Positions 16,398-25,666 of a stretch of 64,000 nucleotides of DNA are shown here, one piece after another. A program made the position numbers and the translations under genes. Below the pieces are notes generated by a model. The model saw only the letters and a program-made list of their open reading frames with translations. It had not been told where the DNA came from and did no database searches. Every line of letters starts with the position of its first letter. Position 1 is the stretch's first letter. This stretch comes from a virus, in IMG/VR virus record IMGVR_UViG_3300048694_000674, positions 1-64,000 of that record, one strand, 5' to 3'.

Positions 16398-17090
16398 ATG
16401 ATTATTAGATTTAGTGATGAAGAAGTTTTTGGTACTGACTCTCAGGAATATGAAATTCTTGTTGAAGCGGCAAATCAAGCAAAAGATGTCCCAGGAGCTG
16501 CTATTGAAATTGGAACAAGACGTGGTGGTTCCGCTAAGATGATCATGGATGCATTGCGTGGTGGTATTCCCAATCGCCCAATGTTTTGTATCGATCCGTA
16601 TGGTAATATTGAAATTGAATGTACTAATTTGAACATGACAATTCATAATCCTGATCGTGCGATCGAAGGCGATAAGATGTCTAAGGAAATCACATCACCA
16701 CAACGATTTGATTATGACAATACTATGCGTAACAGAATCATTCCTTCTTTATATTTCTATGGGTATCAGGCTGGCTTTGACTTCTCGTTCTTCTGTTTAG
16801 AGGATACAGAATTCTTCAAGCGTTACTCTGATGGTGTACCAACATACAATAATCAGAAGGAAATCGTCAATCAGTATGCGTTCGTATTCTTTGATGGTCC
16901 GCATGATAATGCAACACTTGATCTTGAGACAAAGTTCTTTTTAGAAAGAGCTCCTGTTGGTTCAGTATTTGTTTATGACGATATCTGGATGTATGATCAT
17001 GATATTATCGTCGAAGAAAAACTTTTTGCAGCTGGATTTGAGACTATCAAGAAGGGTGCCATCAAAGCGAGCTATAAAAAGGTTAGCTAA
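16398..17090 (+). CDS. Class I SAM-dependent methyltransferase
   Basis: IEIGTRRGGS, CIDPY, FFDGPH, VYDD. Confidence 0.82.
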   Translation: MIIRFSDEEVFGTDSQEYEILVEAANQAKDVPGAAIEIGTRRGGSAKMIMDALRGGIPNRPMFCIDPYGNIEIECTNLNMTIHNPDRAIEGDKMSKEITSPQRFDYDNTMRNRIIPSLYFYGYQAGFDFSFFCLEDTEFFKRYSDGVPTYNNQKEIVNQYAFVFFDGPHDNATLDLETKFFLERAPVGSVFVYDDIWMYDHDIIVEEKLFAAGFETIKKGAIKASYKKVS

Positions 17091-17245
17091 TGTGGCGACT
17101 GTGGGCAAAAGCTCTTGGTGAAAAAGCAGGTTCTGATGATAGAGAAGCAGATAAAGTTGCTATCGTCAGAACCATTATAGTTTTATGTTACATTATAACA
17201 AATTTGTTCATTATAGCTGGTGTAATCAGGCATTGGAATGGTTGA
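17090..17245 (+). CDS. Small membrane protein typical of T4-like aquatic phages
   Basis: MWRLWAKALGEKAG...EADKVAIVRT...IIAGVIRHW. Confidence 0.7.
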   Translation: MWRLWAKALGEKAGSDDREADKVAIVRTIIVLCYIITNLFIIAGVIRHWNG

Positions 17246-17471
17246 TAATAAATATAACTGGGTTTGGTATTTTGAATGGATCTCAACCATCGTCCTATTG
17301 ATTGGTTGTACTCTCAATGCAATGAACATCTATCCTGCTAATATCTACTGGTGTCTTGCTGGCAACTTTGGATGGGCAGTTGTAGGTTTTGTCTGGAGAA
17401 AATGGTCATTGATAGTAATCCAAGCTGTTGTCACAGTAATATATCTCTACGGTATATACAACTCCTGGTAA
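17238..17471 (+). CDS. Small multi-TM membrane protein
   Basis: Three hydrophobic segments; NIYPAN motif. Confidence 0.7.
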   Translation: MVDNKYNWVWYFEWISTIVLLIGCTLNAMNIYPANIYWCLAGNFGWAVVGFVWRKWSLIVIQAVVTVIYLYGIYNSW

Positions 17472-17474
17472 AAA

Positions 17475-18155
17475 ATGATCAAAGTAAATTACGAGCATTT
17501 TTATGGATCTCAAGAAAGATACGATATCCAGCTCGTAAAGATGAAGCTTGATCAGAGTGTATTATCATCAGAAACAGAAGCACTAGAAAATGGCTGGCTA
17601 ATTCATAATAACGAATGGTATGCTTCGCGAAGTGTTCGTATAAAATTAGACGAATACAAAATGAGACATGAGTTACCAAACACCATAACATACCAGTTCA
17701 CAACATATGATCTAGAACCAATCAAAAAGATATATGAAGAGTATAAGGCATATAAAAAATTTGATGAAGACTTCGATATATTCTCAGATTCAGAAAGAGC
17801 TGTTTGGCTGATAGTAAAAGACGATGAAGTTCCTGTAGCATTCACCAAGTTTATCAGATACAATGATGGTATCGAAAGTCAATTTACTTGTTGGAATTAT
17901 CATAATCCAAAATTATCGATAGGCAAGAATATTGTTGATATGGAAGTCTGGTACGCATCGGCTTTGTTTTTAGATTACCTGTATATCGGTCAGGGATATG
18001 AGAAAGGTAGTATATACAAATCTCAATATCCAGGATTTCAGTGGTGGACTGGAACAGAATGGTCAACGAATAAAGCCAGATATAAAGAATTATGTTCTCG
18101 AGATTCAAATATAAATACAATACAAGATCTCTCAAAGACGTACAGCGATGCCTAA
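17475..18155 (+). CDS. Aminoacyl-tRNA-protein transferase-like protein (ATE1/Bpt-like GNAT fold)
   Basis: ALENGW...SRSVRI; WNYHNPKLSIG; YLYIGQGY..GSIYK..YPGFQWW resembles the ATE C-domain. Confidence 0.6.
   Translation: MIKVNYEHFYGSQERYDIQLVKMKLDQSVLSSETEALENGWLIHNNEWYASRSVRIKLDEYKMRHELPNTITYQFTTYDLEPIKKIYEEYKAYKKFDEDFDIFSDSERAVWLIVKDDEVPVAFTKFIRYNDGIESQFTCWNYHNPKLSIGKNIVDMEVWYASALFLDYLYIGQGYEKGSIYKSQYPGFQWWTGTEWSTNKARYKELCSRDSNINTIQDLSKTYSDA
18110..18117 (+). promoter_or_regulatory. T4-type late promoter
   Basis: TATAAATA 30 nt upstream of ATG 18148. Confidence 0.65.
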
Positions 18156-19356
18156 ATTTGGACAAAAACACAAACAATTGAGTGATAGTTCTCCTGAATT
18201 ACAGAAGATCAAGAACGATCCACGTTTCAAGGCACGCGTAGCTAAGATCAGCTCAACTCCAATCATTCGTGGAAAGTATGACATTCCATATCTCTGTGGA
18301 TATTCAGATGATGCAAAGAAAGTTTATTTCGATCGCCATTTAGATACCAATTTCAAAGGTCATGACCTGTCTAAGTTTCTTCGTATACATGAGCTGGCAG
18401 AAAAAGCTATCCTCGATATTTTTGGAATGAAGTATCAACAGGCTCATAAGTTCGCTTCGTATTTTGAGCGCAAAGCAGTTGAAGCTGCGGGTATTAATTG
18501 GGATGATTACTGCGATTACCTTCGTCCATTTATCAAAGACGTTTCGCACGAGAACATAAAGAAGTTTCCAAAAGATATAGATCTTACTCCATATCAGGAT
18601 GAGCATGATAAGAAAACTCTCAAGAATATTCAGAGTTCGCTGAAAGAATCTGTTTCTCTTATTGAAACAAAAATAAGTTTAGAGTATCATGACAAGTTAA
18701 ATCAAAAGCTATGGGATGGCGCAAAGATAAAACCAGAAGTAAGAGAAGTTCTTCTTAAATTTGGATATGCTTGGGCAGACTTTGCAAAGATAGACAGAAA
18801 CATAATTATGGATATCATCATGACTGGTGGTAATGCAAACTATAATTACACACCTAAGTCAGATATCGATGTTCATCTTGTCATTGATAGAAATGCATTA
18901 GGATCCAATAGAGAGTTTGTTGATGAGTATCTACAGGATAAAAAGGTCTTATGGACTCTTACCCATAAAATTAGTGTACTCGGATACTCGCTTGAACCCT
19001 ACGCACAGGATAATGGAGACAGATATCCAGCCAATCAGGGAGTCTATTCACTCCTCCGTAGTAGATGGATACAATACCCGAATCGCGGAAACTATAACTG
19101 GAAAGACGATCCAGGTCTCAAAAGGAAAGTCCTTTTCTATAAGCATCTAATTGATGAGATCATTAGAAACAAGATGGATGTTCAGTCAGTAAAAGATCTA
19201 AAGAATAAAATCAAAACGATGAGAGCTGCATCGATTGCAGCTGGTGGTGAATTTTCTTTTGAAAACTTGGTATTCAAAGAACTACGCAATCGTGGATATC
19301 TTGATAGAATAAATCGTTATGAACAAACTTTGAAAGACAAAGAACTCAGTTTGTGA
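18148..19356 (+). CDS. Two-domain protein with a C-terminal Pol-beta-type nucleotidyltransferase
   Basis: IIMTGGNANYNY..KSDIDVH, GEFSFENLVFKELR; N-domain has IHELAE. Confidence 0.75.
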   Translation: MPKFGQKHKQLSDSSPELQKIKNDPRFKARVAKISSTPIIRGKYDIPYLCGYSDDAKKVYFDRHLDTNFKGHDLSKFLRIHELAEKAILDIFGMKYQQAHKFASYFERKAVEAAGINWDDYCDYLRPFIKDVSHENIKKFPKDIDLTPYQDEHDKKTLKNIQSSLKESVSLIETKISLEYHDKLNQKLWDGAKIKPEVREVLLKFGYAWADFAKIDRNIIMDIIMTGGNANYNYTPKSDIDVHLVIDRNALGSNREFVDEYLQDKKVLWTLTHKISVLGYSLEPYAQDNGDRYPANQGVYSLLRSRWIQYPNRGNYNWKDDPGLKRKVLFYKHLIDEIIRNKMDVQSVKDLKNKIKTMRAASIAAGGEFSFENLVFKELRNRGYLDRINRYEQTLKDKELSL

Positions 19357-19368
19357 GAAATATTTTGC

Positions 19369-19397
19369 TTGACAAAAAACGCAAAAGAACGTATAAT
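19369..19397 (+). promoter_or_regulatory. sigma70-type promoter
   Basis: TTGACA-17-TATAAT (perfect consensus). Confidence 0.8.
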
Positions 19398-19485
19398 AAA
19401 AAAGTGTCAATGATGCATGAGAAAACTCGTACGATATATAAGTTATATCGTGGAGGCAAATTAATCTACATAGGAGTGTTGAATA

Positions 19486-19602
19486 ATGAATCTACTACAT
19501 AGTGATCTTGAATTGATGGTTATCCATGATATGTGGATTAATGGATTTGATCCAACTATCCCAGCAGATGTCCAAGAATATTGGGAACAAAGACTATCAT
19601 GA
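19486..19602 (+). CDS. Small hypothetical protein
   Basis: AGGAG SD; MNLLHSDLELMVIHDMWINGFDP...EYWEQRLS; stop overlaps glutaredoxin start. Confidence 0.55.
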   Translation: MNLLHSDLELMVIHDMWINGFDPTIPADVQEYWEQRLS

Positions 19603-19868
19603 ATCATGTAGTCATTTGGTCTAAGAAAGACTGTCCATATTGTACTCGTGCAAAGAGTGCGCTGAATGGACTAAATATACCGTTCGAAGAAAAAATGCTC
19701 GACCGAGACTTCACTAGAGAAATGCTTCTCGAATCATATCCAACAGCAAAGACTTTCCCTGTAATTGTGATTGATGGATTTTATATCGGTGGTTATACTC
19801 AGTTACAGCAAAAGCTAGACGAAGAATTCAAAGATACTCGCAGACTATTGAATGAAAACAATATCTAA
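19599..19868 (+). CDS. nrdC: Glutaredoxin (NrdC-like)
   Basis: CPYC, TFPVI, YIGGY. Confidence 0.9.
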   Translation: MNHVVIWSKKDCPYCTRAKSALNGLNIPFEEKMLDRDFTREMLLESYPTAKTFPVIVIDGFYIGGYTQLQQKLDEEFKDTRRLLNENNI

Positions 19869-19885
19869 CATTATGGAGTTATATT

Positions 19886-20164
19886 ATGGGAAACTATCAA
19901 AGACAAGCAGTCATCAACGATCTAAAGCAAGCAGTATGTGAAGTTACCTTTATTAAGGTAAATGGCGAACGTCGAGTTATGAGATGTACTCTCGATTCTC
20001 GTTACATGCCACCTATGACTTTTGATCAGCAAAATCATTTAGAAGAACAGTATAAGAAGCCAGAGAACAAGGAAGTAATTGCTTGTTGGGATGTACAATC
20101 TGGTGGCTGGCGTTCATTCCGCGTAGATTCAATTCAGTATATGCAGGAAATAGACGGATACTAA
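19886..20164 (+). CDS. Conserved T4-like SH3/WYL-like small protein
   Basis: VTFIKVNGERRVMRCTL...WDV..GGWRSFR. Confidence 0.75.
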   Translation: MGNYQRQAVINDLKQAVCEVTFIKVNGERRVMRCTLDSRYMPPMTFDQQNHLEEQYKKPENKEVIACWDVQSGGWRSFRVDSIQYMQEIDGY

Positions 20165-20165
20165 T

Positions 20166-20444
20166 ATGAAAAAGATTGTTATGGTTGATTGCATATCCCA
20201 ATTTCGTGTTAGATTTGCAATCGAAGTTGAAGATGATATTGCTCATGCATTGGATGAAGTTGTGTGTAACGAAGGTTACCTAACTGAATTTAATCAAGAA
20301 CATCTTGGATTAACTATATTTGATCATTATGAGATTACTGAGGAAGAATATCTCAAAATGTTCGATAAAGATAATGAGTATTTGAGTAACTGGACAAAAG
20401 AACAAAAATTACTTTGGATTAACAAAATACAGGAGAATGAATGA
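20166..20444 (+). CDS. Hypothetical protein
   Basis: Tightly packed ORF in operon. Confidence 0.65.
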   Translation: MKKIVMVDCISQFRVRFAIEVEDDIAHALDEVVCNEGYLTEFNQEHLGLTIFDHYEITEEEYLKMFDKDNEYLSNWTKEQKLLWINKIQENE

Positions 20445-20799
20445 AATGGCATACTGGGGTTATCATCTGATTCTTGACTGCGCTGGCTGTTCGCATGAAG
20501 CCATCACTAGCAATCATAACATCTATAATTTCACAAAGAAGTTGGTAAAAGACATCGATATGGTTGCTTATGGGGAACCACAAATTGTTGACTTTGGTTC
20601 TGGCAACAAGGCAGGTTATACTCTTGTTCAGTTAATCGAAACATCAAACATCTGTGCGCACTTTGTTAATGAGAATGATACAATGTATCTTGATGTGTTT
20701 AGTTGCAAGCCATTTGATGACAAGGTTGTTATTGGTCTTGTCAAAGAATACTTTGGTGCTACTTCAATTCGTCCATCTTACTTAACAAGACAGGCATAA
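20437..20799 (+). CDS. speD: S-adenosylmethionine decarboxylase proenzyme-like
   Basis: GYHLILD, GYTLVQLIETSNICAHF, YLDVFSCK. Confidence 0.85.
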   Translation: MNEMAYWGYHLILDCAGCSHEAITSNHNIYNFTKKLVKDIDMVAYGEPQIVDFGSGNKAGYTLVQLIETSNICAHFVNENDTMYLDVFSCKPFDDKVVIGLVKEYFGATSIRPSYLTRQA

Positions 20800-21203
20800 T
20801 GATAGTAGGATTTACTTGTGGTACTTTCGATCTTCTGCATCCAGGTCATATTGCGATGTTGAAAGATTGTAAATCTAACTGTGATAAATTGATTGTGGGG
20901 TTGCATACAGATCCTACAATCGATCGACCTGATACAAAGAACAAACCAATTCAAACTATGTTTGAGCGGTATATACAATTACAAGCAGTCAAGTATGTTG
21001 ACGAAATTATTCCTTATGATACAGAAGCTGATTTGTCTAATCTTCTTGGCGTTATAGATATCGATAGAAGATTTGTTGGTGAAGATCATATCAATGATAA
21101 ACTAACAGGACAATTAATTTGCGATCAGCGTGGTGTTGAAATTGTATTCAATGAACGATGCCATAACTGGAGCTCAACAGAATTAAGGAGTAGATTGAAA
21201 TGA
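20799..21203 (+). CDS. HxGH cytidylyl/nucleotidyltransferase (TagD/RfaE-II-like)
   Basis: GTFDLLHPGH, LIVGL, VDEI, SSTELR. Confidence 0.88.
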   Translation: MIVGFTCGTFDLLHPGHIAMLKDCKSNCDKLIVGLHTDPTIDRPDTKNKPIQTMFERYIQLQAVKYVDEIIPYDTEADLSNLLGVIDIDRRFVGEDHINDKLTGQLICDQRGVEIVFNERCHNWSSTELRSRLK

Positions 21204-21751
21204 ACGAGATCGATCTAACGATAAAAGGCGAAGCTAATGATCTTCCTGTAGCATATAAACTTGCACCAGCTGGACTTGCTATGGAGTTTGGTGTTGCTAA
21301 GGGATCTTCAATTAGAATTTTAGCAAATGCAAACAAAGATAGAACAATCTATGGGTTTGATTCTTTCGAAGGATTGCCTGAATCATGGAATGGTCTTGGT
21401 GTTGGACACTTTGCTTGCGATCTTCCAGAAGTTCCGAAGAATGTAACTCTTGTTCGTGGATTATTTGATGAAACTCTTCCTAAGTTTCTTGAGGAAAACG
21501 ATGAACAGGTAGCATTCATTCATATCGACTGTGATCTCTATTCATCAACTAAAACTATATTCGACAATGTAAAGAATAGAATGGTTGATGGATGTGTTAT
21601 TGTATTTGATGAGTTGCTTAACTATGGTGGCGAAACATGGAGACATCATGAATATAAAGCGTTTCAAGAGTTTTTAGAAGAAACAGGGTATCAGTATACT
21701 TGTATTGGAAAATGGGGAGCGCATCAGGCTGCGTTCAGAATCAATAAATGA
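21200..21751 (+). CDS. TylF/MycF-like O-methyltransferase
   Basis: EFGVAKG, GFDSFEGLP, HIDCDLYSS, VFDE. Confidence 0.85.
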   Translation: MNEIDLTIKGEANDLPVAYKLAPAGLAMEFGVAKGSSIRILANANKDRTIYGFDSFEGLPESWNGLGVGHFACDLPEVPKNVTLVRGLFDETLPKFLEENDEQVAFIHIDCDLYSSTKTIFDNVKNRMVDGCVIVFDELLNYGGETWRHHEYKAFQEFLEETGYQYTCIGKWGAHQAAFRINK

Positions 21752-21760
21752 GGTAATATA

Positions 21761-22348
21761 ATGTCATTCGCTGATAAGTATTTTGAAGAAGTAGTAAACA
21801 TCGCAACTGATATAAACAAAGATAAGGTAGAAACACTTGTTAACACCCTCACAACAACTAGAGATATCACTGAAGGTCGCGTCTTCGTCCTTGGAGTTGG
21901 CGGTAGCGCTGGCAACGCCTCACACATGGTTAACGATTTACGCAAGCTCTGCGGAATCGAATCTTACGCGCCAACTGACAACGTATCGGAACTGTCTGCT
22001 CGAACAAACGACGAAGGCTTTGACACTGTCTTCGAAGAATATCTTAGAGTCAGTCGAATCAATTACAAAGACACGATCTTCATCCTCTCAGTAGGTGGTG
22101 GTGACGAAGAACGTAATGTATCTGTTGGTCTTATCAAGGCAATAAAATATGCTCGCGCTAAGGATGCAACTATCATTGGTATCGTTGGTAAGGAAGATGG
22201 ATATACAGCAAAAAATGCTGATGCTTGTGTAGTTGTTCCTCCAGTTGAACCTTCTCGTATTACACCACACTCGGAAGCATTCCAAGCAGTTGTTTGGCAT
22301 TGCATCGTTTCTCATCCTAACCTGCAGGTTAACAAAACCAAGTGGTAA
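21761..22348 (+). CDS. gmhA: SIS-domain phosphoheptose isomerase
   Basis: GVGGSAGNASH, RTNDEG, LSVGGG, TPHSE. Confidence 0.8.
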   Translation: MSFADKYFEEVVNIATDINKDKVETLVNTLTTTRDITEGRVFVLGVGGSAGNASHMVNDLRKLCGIESYAPTDNVSELSARTNDEGFDTVFEEYLRVSRINYKDTIFILSVGGGDEERNVSVGLIKAIKYARAKDATIIGIVGKEDGYTAKNADACVVVPPVEPSRITPHSEAFQAVVWHCIVSHPNLQVNKTKW

Positions 22349-22902
22349 AAATACCATATCCTTATTATAATAACAGAGCTGTCTTTCTTGATAGAGATGG
22401 CGTCATTAATAAGCTCGTAAACCATGACGGTGTGTATACTGCGCCATGGTCCATAAATGAATTTGAAATCATCAGTGGTGCTGAATTAGCTATTGACGTT
22501 TTTAAAGAATCAGGGTATAATGTATTTGTAGTCACGAATCAACCTGATGTACATGATGGTAAGCTAGATATAAGAGATCTGGCTAATATGAATATCATCC
22601 TCAAAATGTTGGGAGTTGATAAGGTTCTTTGTTCTTTGGAACGTGGCTCAGCATGGTATAAGCCAAACAATGGAATGATTGAGACTCTTTGTAGAGAGCG
22701 AAAGATCGATCGTTCGAGCAGCTATATAATTGGGGATCGTTGGAAAGATATAGTTGCTGGTCATAAAAGCAGATTGATGACTATCTTTGTTGGTAAAGAA
22801 TATACAACACCCGAAAAATACAATCATATACAACCAGATTATATCGTTGACAATGTGTTGCATGCAGCAACATTAATTATGGAGCTAGAGAAGTATGACT
22901 AA
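22342..22902 (+). CDS. gmhB: Heptose-1,7-bisphosphate phosphatase (HAD)
   Basis: FLDRDGVIN, VTNQ, KPNNGM, IGDRWKD. Confidence 0.85.
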   Translation: MVKIPYPYYNNRAVFLDRDGVINKLVNHDGVYTAPWSINEFEIISGAELAIDVFKESGYNVFVVTNQPDVHDGKLDIRDLANMNIILKMLGVDKVLCSLERGSAWYKPNNGMIETLCRERKIDRSSSYIIGDRWKDIVAGHKSRLMTIFVGKEYTTPEKYNHIQPDYIVDNVLHAATLIMELEKYD

Positions 22903-23620
22903 GTTATTCGCCGATGGCGCTGATTGGAATGGGATCGTTACAGCGGCTGAAGATCCAATGATTCAAGGATTTACAACAAATCCTACATTGATGAAACAGG
23001 CTGGCGTTACAAATTACAGCGACTTCGCTACATTTGCAATTGCCTATCTTGCAAAGAGCAGACCAGAAACTTCTATCAGTCTTGAAGTGTTTGCTGATAC
23101 TGAAGAAGAAATTATTCGTCAGGCTCGTAGGATTAGCGATTGGGGTAATGTGTTTATGTACAGAGTCTATGTAAAGATTCCTGTTATGTACACTGATGGA
23201 AAGCCGACATATGACTTGATTCGTAAACTAGCCAATGAAGAAATCAATCTAAATGTCACAGCTGTGTTTACAGAAGAACAGTGTAAGAATGTTCTAGATG
23301 CACTTGATACAGAAACTCGTCATATCCTTTCTATCTTTGCTGGTAGAATCACTGACGTTGGCGCTGATGCAAAAGCATTATTCCGTACGACTCATGTCTA
23401 TCGTGAGATTCACAGAAAGCATAATGTCGAAACATTATGGGCTAGTTCCAGAGAAGCATATAACTATAAAGACGCTGAAGAAGTTAATGCTGATATTATT
23501 ACAATGACACCAGATCTAATTAAAAAGGTAAAGGGATTTGGTAAAGATTTGACACAGTTCTCATTGGAAACATGCCGTATGTTCCATGCAGACGCAGCAT
23601 CGAGTGGGTTTGAGCTATGA
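22895..23620 (+). CDS. talC: Transaldolase (TalC/FSA family)
   Basis: GFTTNPTLM, YVKIP, NVTAVF, SIFAGRI, LWASSRE. Confidence 0.9.
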   Translation: MTKLFADGADWNGIVTAAEDPMIQGFTTNPTLMKQAGVTNYSDFATFAIAYLAKSRPETSISLEVFADTEEEIIRQARRISDWGNVFMYRVYVKIPVMYTDGKPTYDLIRKLANEEINLNVTAVFTEEQCKNVLDALDTETRHILSIFAGRITDVGADAKALFRTTHVYREIHRKHNVETLWASSREAYNYKDAEEVNADIITMTPDLIKKVKGFGKDLTQFSLETCRMFHADAASSGFEL

Positions 23621-24624
23621 GTGGATTTGCAGAAAACGAAATCAGTAAGAATGCCAATGGTGGAACAGAACTAGCAAAACGTAAACTTGCTAGTCTAATT
23701 GATCCAGAGCTCTTGAGCAATTTTCAAATTATCTGTTCCAGACCAAGAGAAATTGAAACAGACAAGATTCGTTTGTTCTGGTGTCATGATCTACCAGAAG
23801 ATCCTGAGTCAAAGAAGTTTCAGGATAAGTCTTTCAAAGACAGTTTCCACAAGTATGTGTTTATCTCTGATTGGCAGTATCAACGTTACCAACTTGTCCA
23901 TGGTATTCCTTATGATGACAAGTCTATTGTGATTGAATCAGGTATTGAACCTGCTCCATCTAATGTGTTTGATATGAAAGATGATGGAAAGATTCATATC
24001 GTCTATACATCAACACCTCAACGTGGTCTTGATATTCTTGTTCCAGTATTTGAAAAGTTAGCAGAAATTCATTCAGATATTCATCTTGATGTTTTCTCTT
24101 CGTTCAAGATTTATGGATGGGATGAAGCTGATAAACAGTTTGAACCACTTTACAATAGAATACGTAATCATCCGCAAATGACCTATCATGGTTTTGTTGC
24201 TAACGAACAACTACGCGAGCATCTAAATACCAGCCACATCTTCGCATATCCTTCTATCTGGCTTGAAACATCCTGTCGTGCTATGCTAGAAGCAATGTCA
24301 GCTGGTCTTATTTGTGTTCATCCTAACTTTGGCGCATTACCAGAAACATCTGGTGGTTTGAACATTATGTATCAGGGTGATTTCGAAGATAGGAATGCGC
24401 ATGCTAATGCATTTATTAATCATCTAAATGCATCTATTACATTTGTTCGTGATAAACAGCATGAATCGATGTCAAGGTTCAATAAACTGTTTGTTGATGG
24501 TCGGTTCAATATTGATAGAATCAAGAATCAGTGGGATATGATGCTTAATAGCTTGTTGCAGAAATATCCTACTGTTGAATCAAGAGCAATCCCTAAAAAT
24601 CAATTTGTCTATAGGACTGTCTAA
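23617..24624 (+). CDS. GT-B (GT4-like) glycosyltransferase
   Basis: GGTE, WCHD, YTSTPQRGL, YPSIWLETSC..MLEAMSAG. Confidence 0.88.
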   Translation: MSGFAENEISKNANGGTELAKRKLASLIDPELLSNFQIICSRPREIETDKIRLFWCHDLPEDPESKKFQDKSFKDSFHKYVFISDWQYQRYQLVHGIPYDDKSIVIESGIEPAPSNVFDMKDDGKIHIVYTSTPQRGLDILVPVFEKLAEIHSDIHLDVFSSFKIYGWDEADKQFEPLYNRIRNHPQMTYHGFVANEQLREHLNTSHIFAYPSIWLETSCRAMLEAMSAGLICVHPNFGALPETSGGLNIMYQGDFEDRNAHANAFINHLNASITFVRDKQHESMSRFNKLFVDGRFNIDRIKNQWDMMLNSLLQKYPTVESRAIPKNQFVYRTV

Positions 24625-25616
24625 TGATTCTGACCAAAACACCTTTACGTATTAGCTTCTTCAGTGGTGGTAGTGATATGCCTTCTTTCTTTGAAAAAGA
24701 AACAGGCGCAGCTCTTTCTGTCACCATTGACAAGTACATATACGTCATGCTTCATAAGACTCCACATTTGGGAATCAAGATCATGTATGATACGATCGAA
24801 GAGTTCCCAGATCTAGAACAGATGCAGCATGCAATTACCAGAGAGAGCCTAAAACATTTTGATATTCACAGCGAAGTAACAGTTGCTTCTATTGCTGATA
24901 TTCTTTCGAAAGGTTCTGGATTAGGTTCATCCTCTGCATTTACTGTTGGTTTGGTCAACGCATTAGCAACTCCTCATAGACATATTTCAATGATGACGAG
25001 AGAATATCTCGCGCAAACAGCTTATCATATTGAACGAAATTTGTGTAATTATCCTGTAGGTAAACAGGATCAATATGCAGCTGCATATGGTGGTATGAAT
25101 ATTTTTGAATTCCATACAGACGGATCTGTTGAAACTAGACCGCTGACTTATAACGAAGCATGTTGGAATGACCTAGAAAGTAGGTTACTGCTTGTTTATT
25201 CTGGACGTGGGAGAAACGCTAACAGCATCCTTCAAAAACAGTCCGCAGCTATGTCTGATGTGGATAAGTTTAATCTGGTGAAAAGAAGTAGAGACAAAGC
25301 ATTTGTTGCTAAAAGATATCTCACACAAAACAGATTAGACGACTTCGGCGCATTACTGCACGATGCATGGGTGGATAAAAAAGAAGTAGAATCATCTATT
25401 ACAAATGAATACTTCGATGGCATCTATGAGCGAGCAAGAGAAGCTGGAGCATTGGGAGGAAAACTTCTTGGAGCTGGTGGTGGTGGATTCTTTATATTTT
25501 ATGTTCCACCAGCTGCCAAAGAGAAGGTAACGAGTGCTGTTCTAGATGGAACTTCTTGTAAAATCTATGATTTCAAGTTCGTAGAAACAGGTAGCTCCGT
25601 AGCAAGTCACTGCTAA
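24624..25616 (+). CDS. hddA: GHMP kinase, D-glycero-alpha-D-manno-heptose-7-phosphate kinase-like
   Basis: TPLRISF..GGSD, GSGLGSSS, GKQDQYAAAYGG, GGKLLGAGGGGF. Confidence 0.88.
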   Translation: MILTKTPLRISFFSGGSDMPSFFEKETGAALSVTIDKYIYVMLHKTPHLGIKIMYDTIEEFPDLEQMQHAITRESLKHFDIHSEVTVASIADILSKGSGLGSSSAFTVGLVNALATPHRHISMMTREYLAQTAYHIERNLCNYPVGKQDQYAAAYGGMNIFEFHTDGSVETRPLTYNEACWNDLESRLLLVYSGRGRNANSILQKQSAAMSDVDKFNLVKRSRDKAFVAKRYLTQNRLDDFGALLHDAWVDKKEVESSITNEYFDGIYERAREAGALGGKLLGAGGGGFFIFYVPPAAKEKVTSAVLDGTSCKIYDFKFVETGSSVASHC

Positions 25617-25630
25617 TCATAAATAATAGG

Positions 25631-25659
25631 TTGACATTTTATATCAATTAGGGTATTAT
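25631..25659 (+). promoter_or_regulatory. sigma70-type promoter (predicted leaderless mRNA)
   Basis: TTGACA-17-TATTAT; ATG 25667 is 7 nt downstream. Confidence 0.65.
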
Positions 25660-25666
25660 AATCTTT

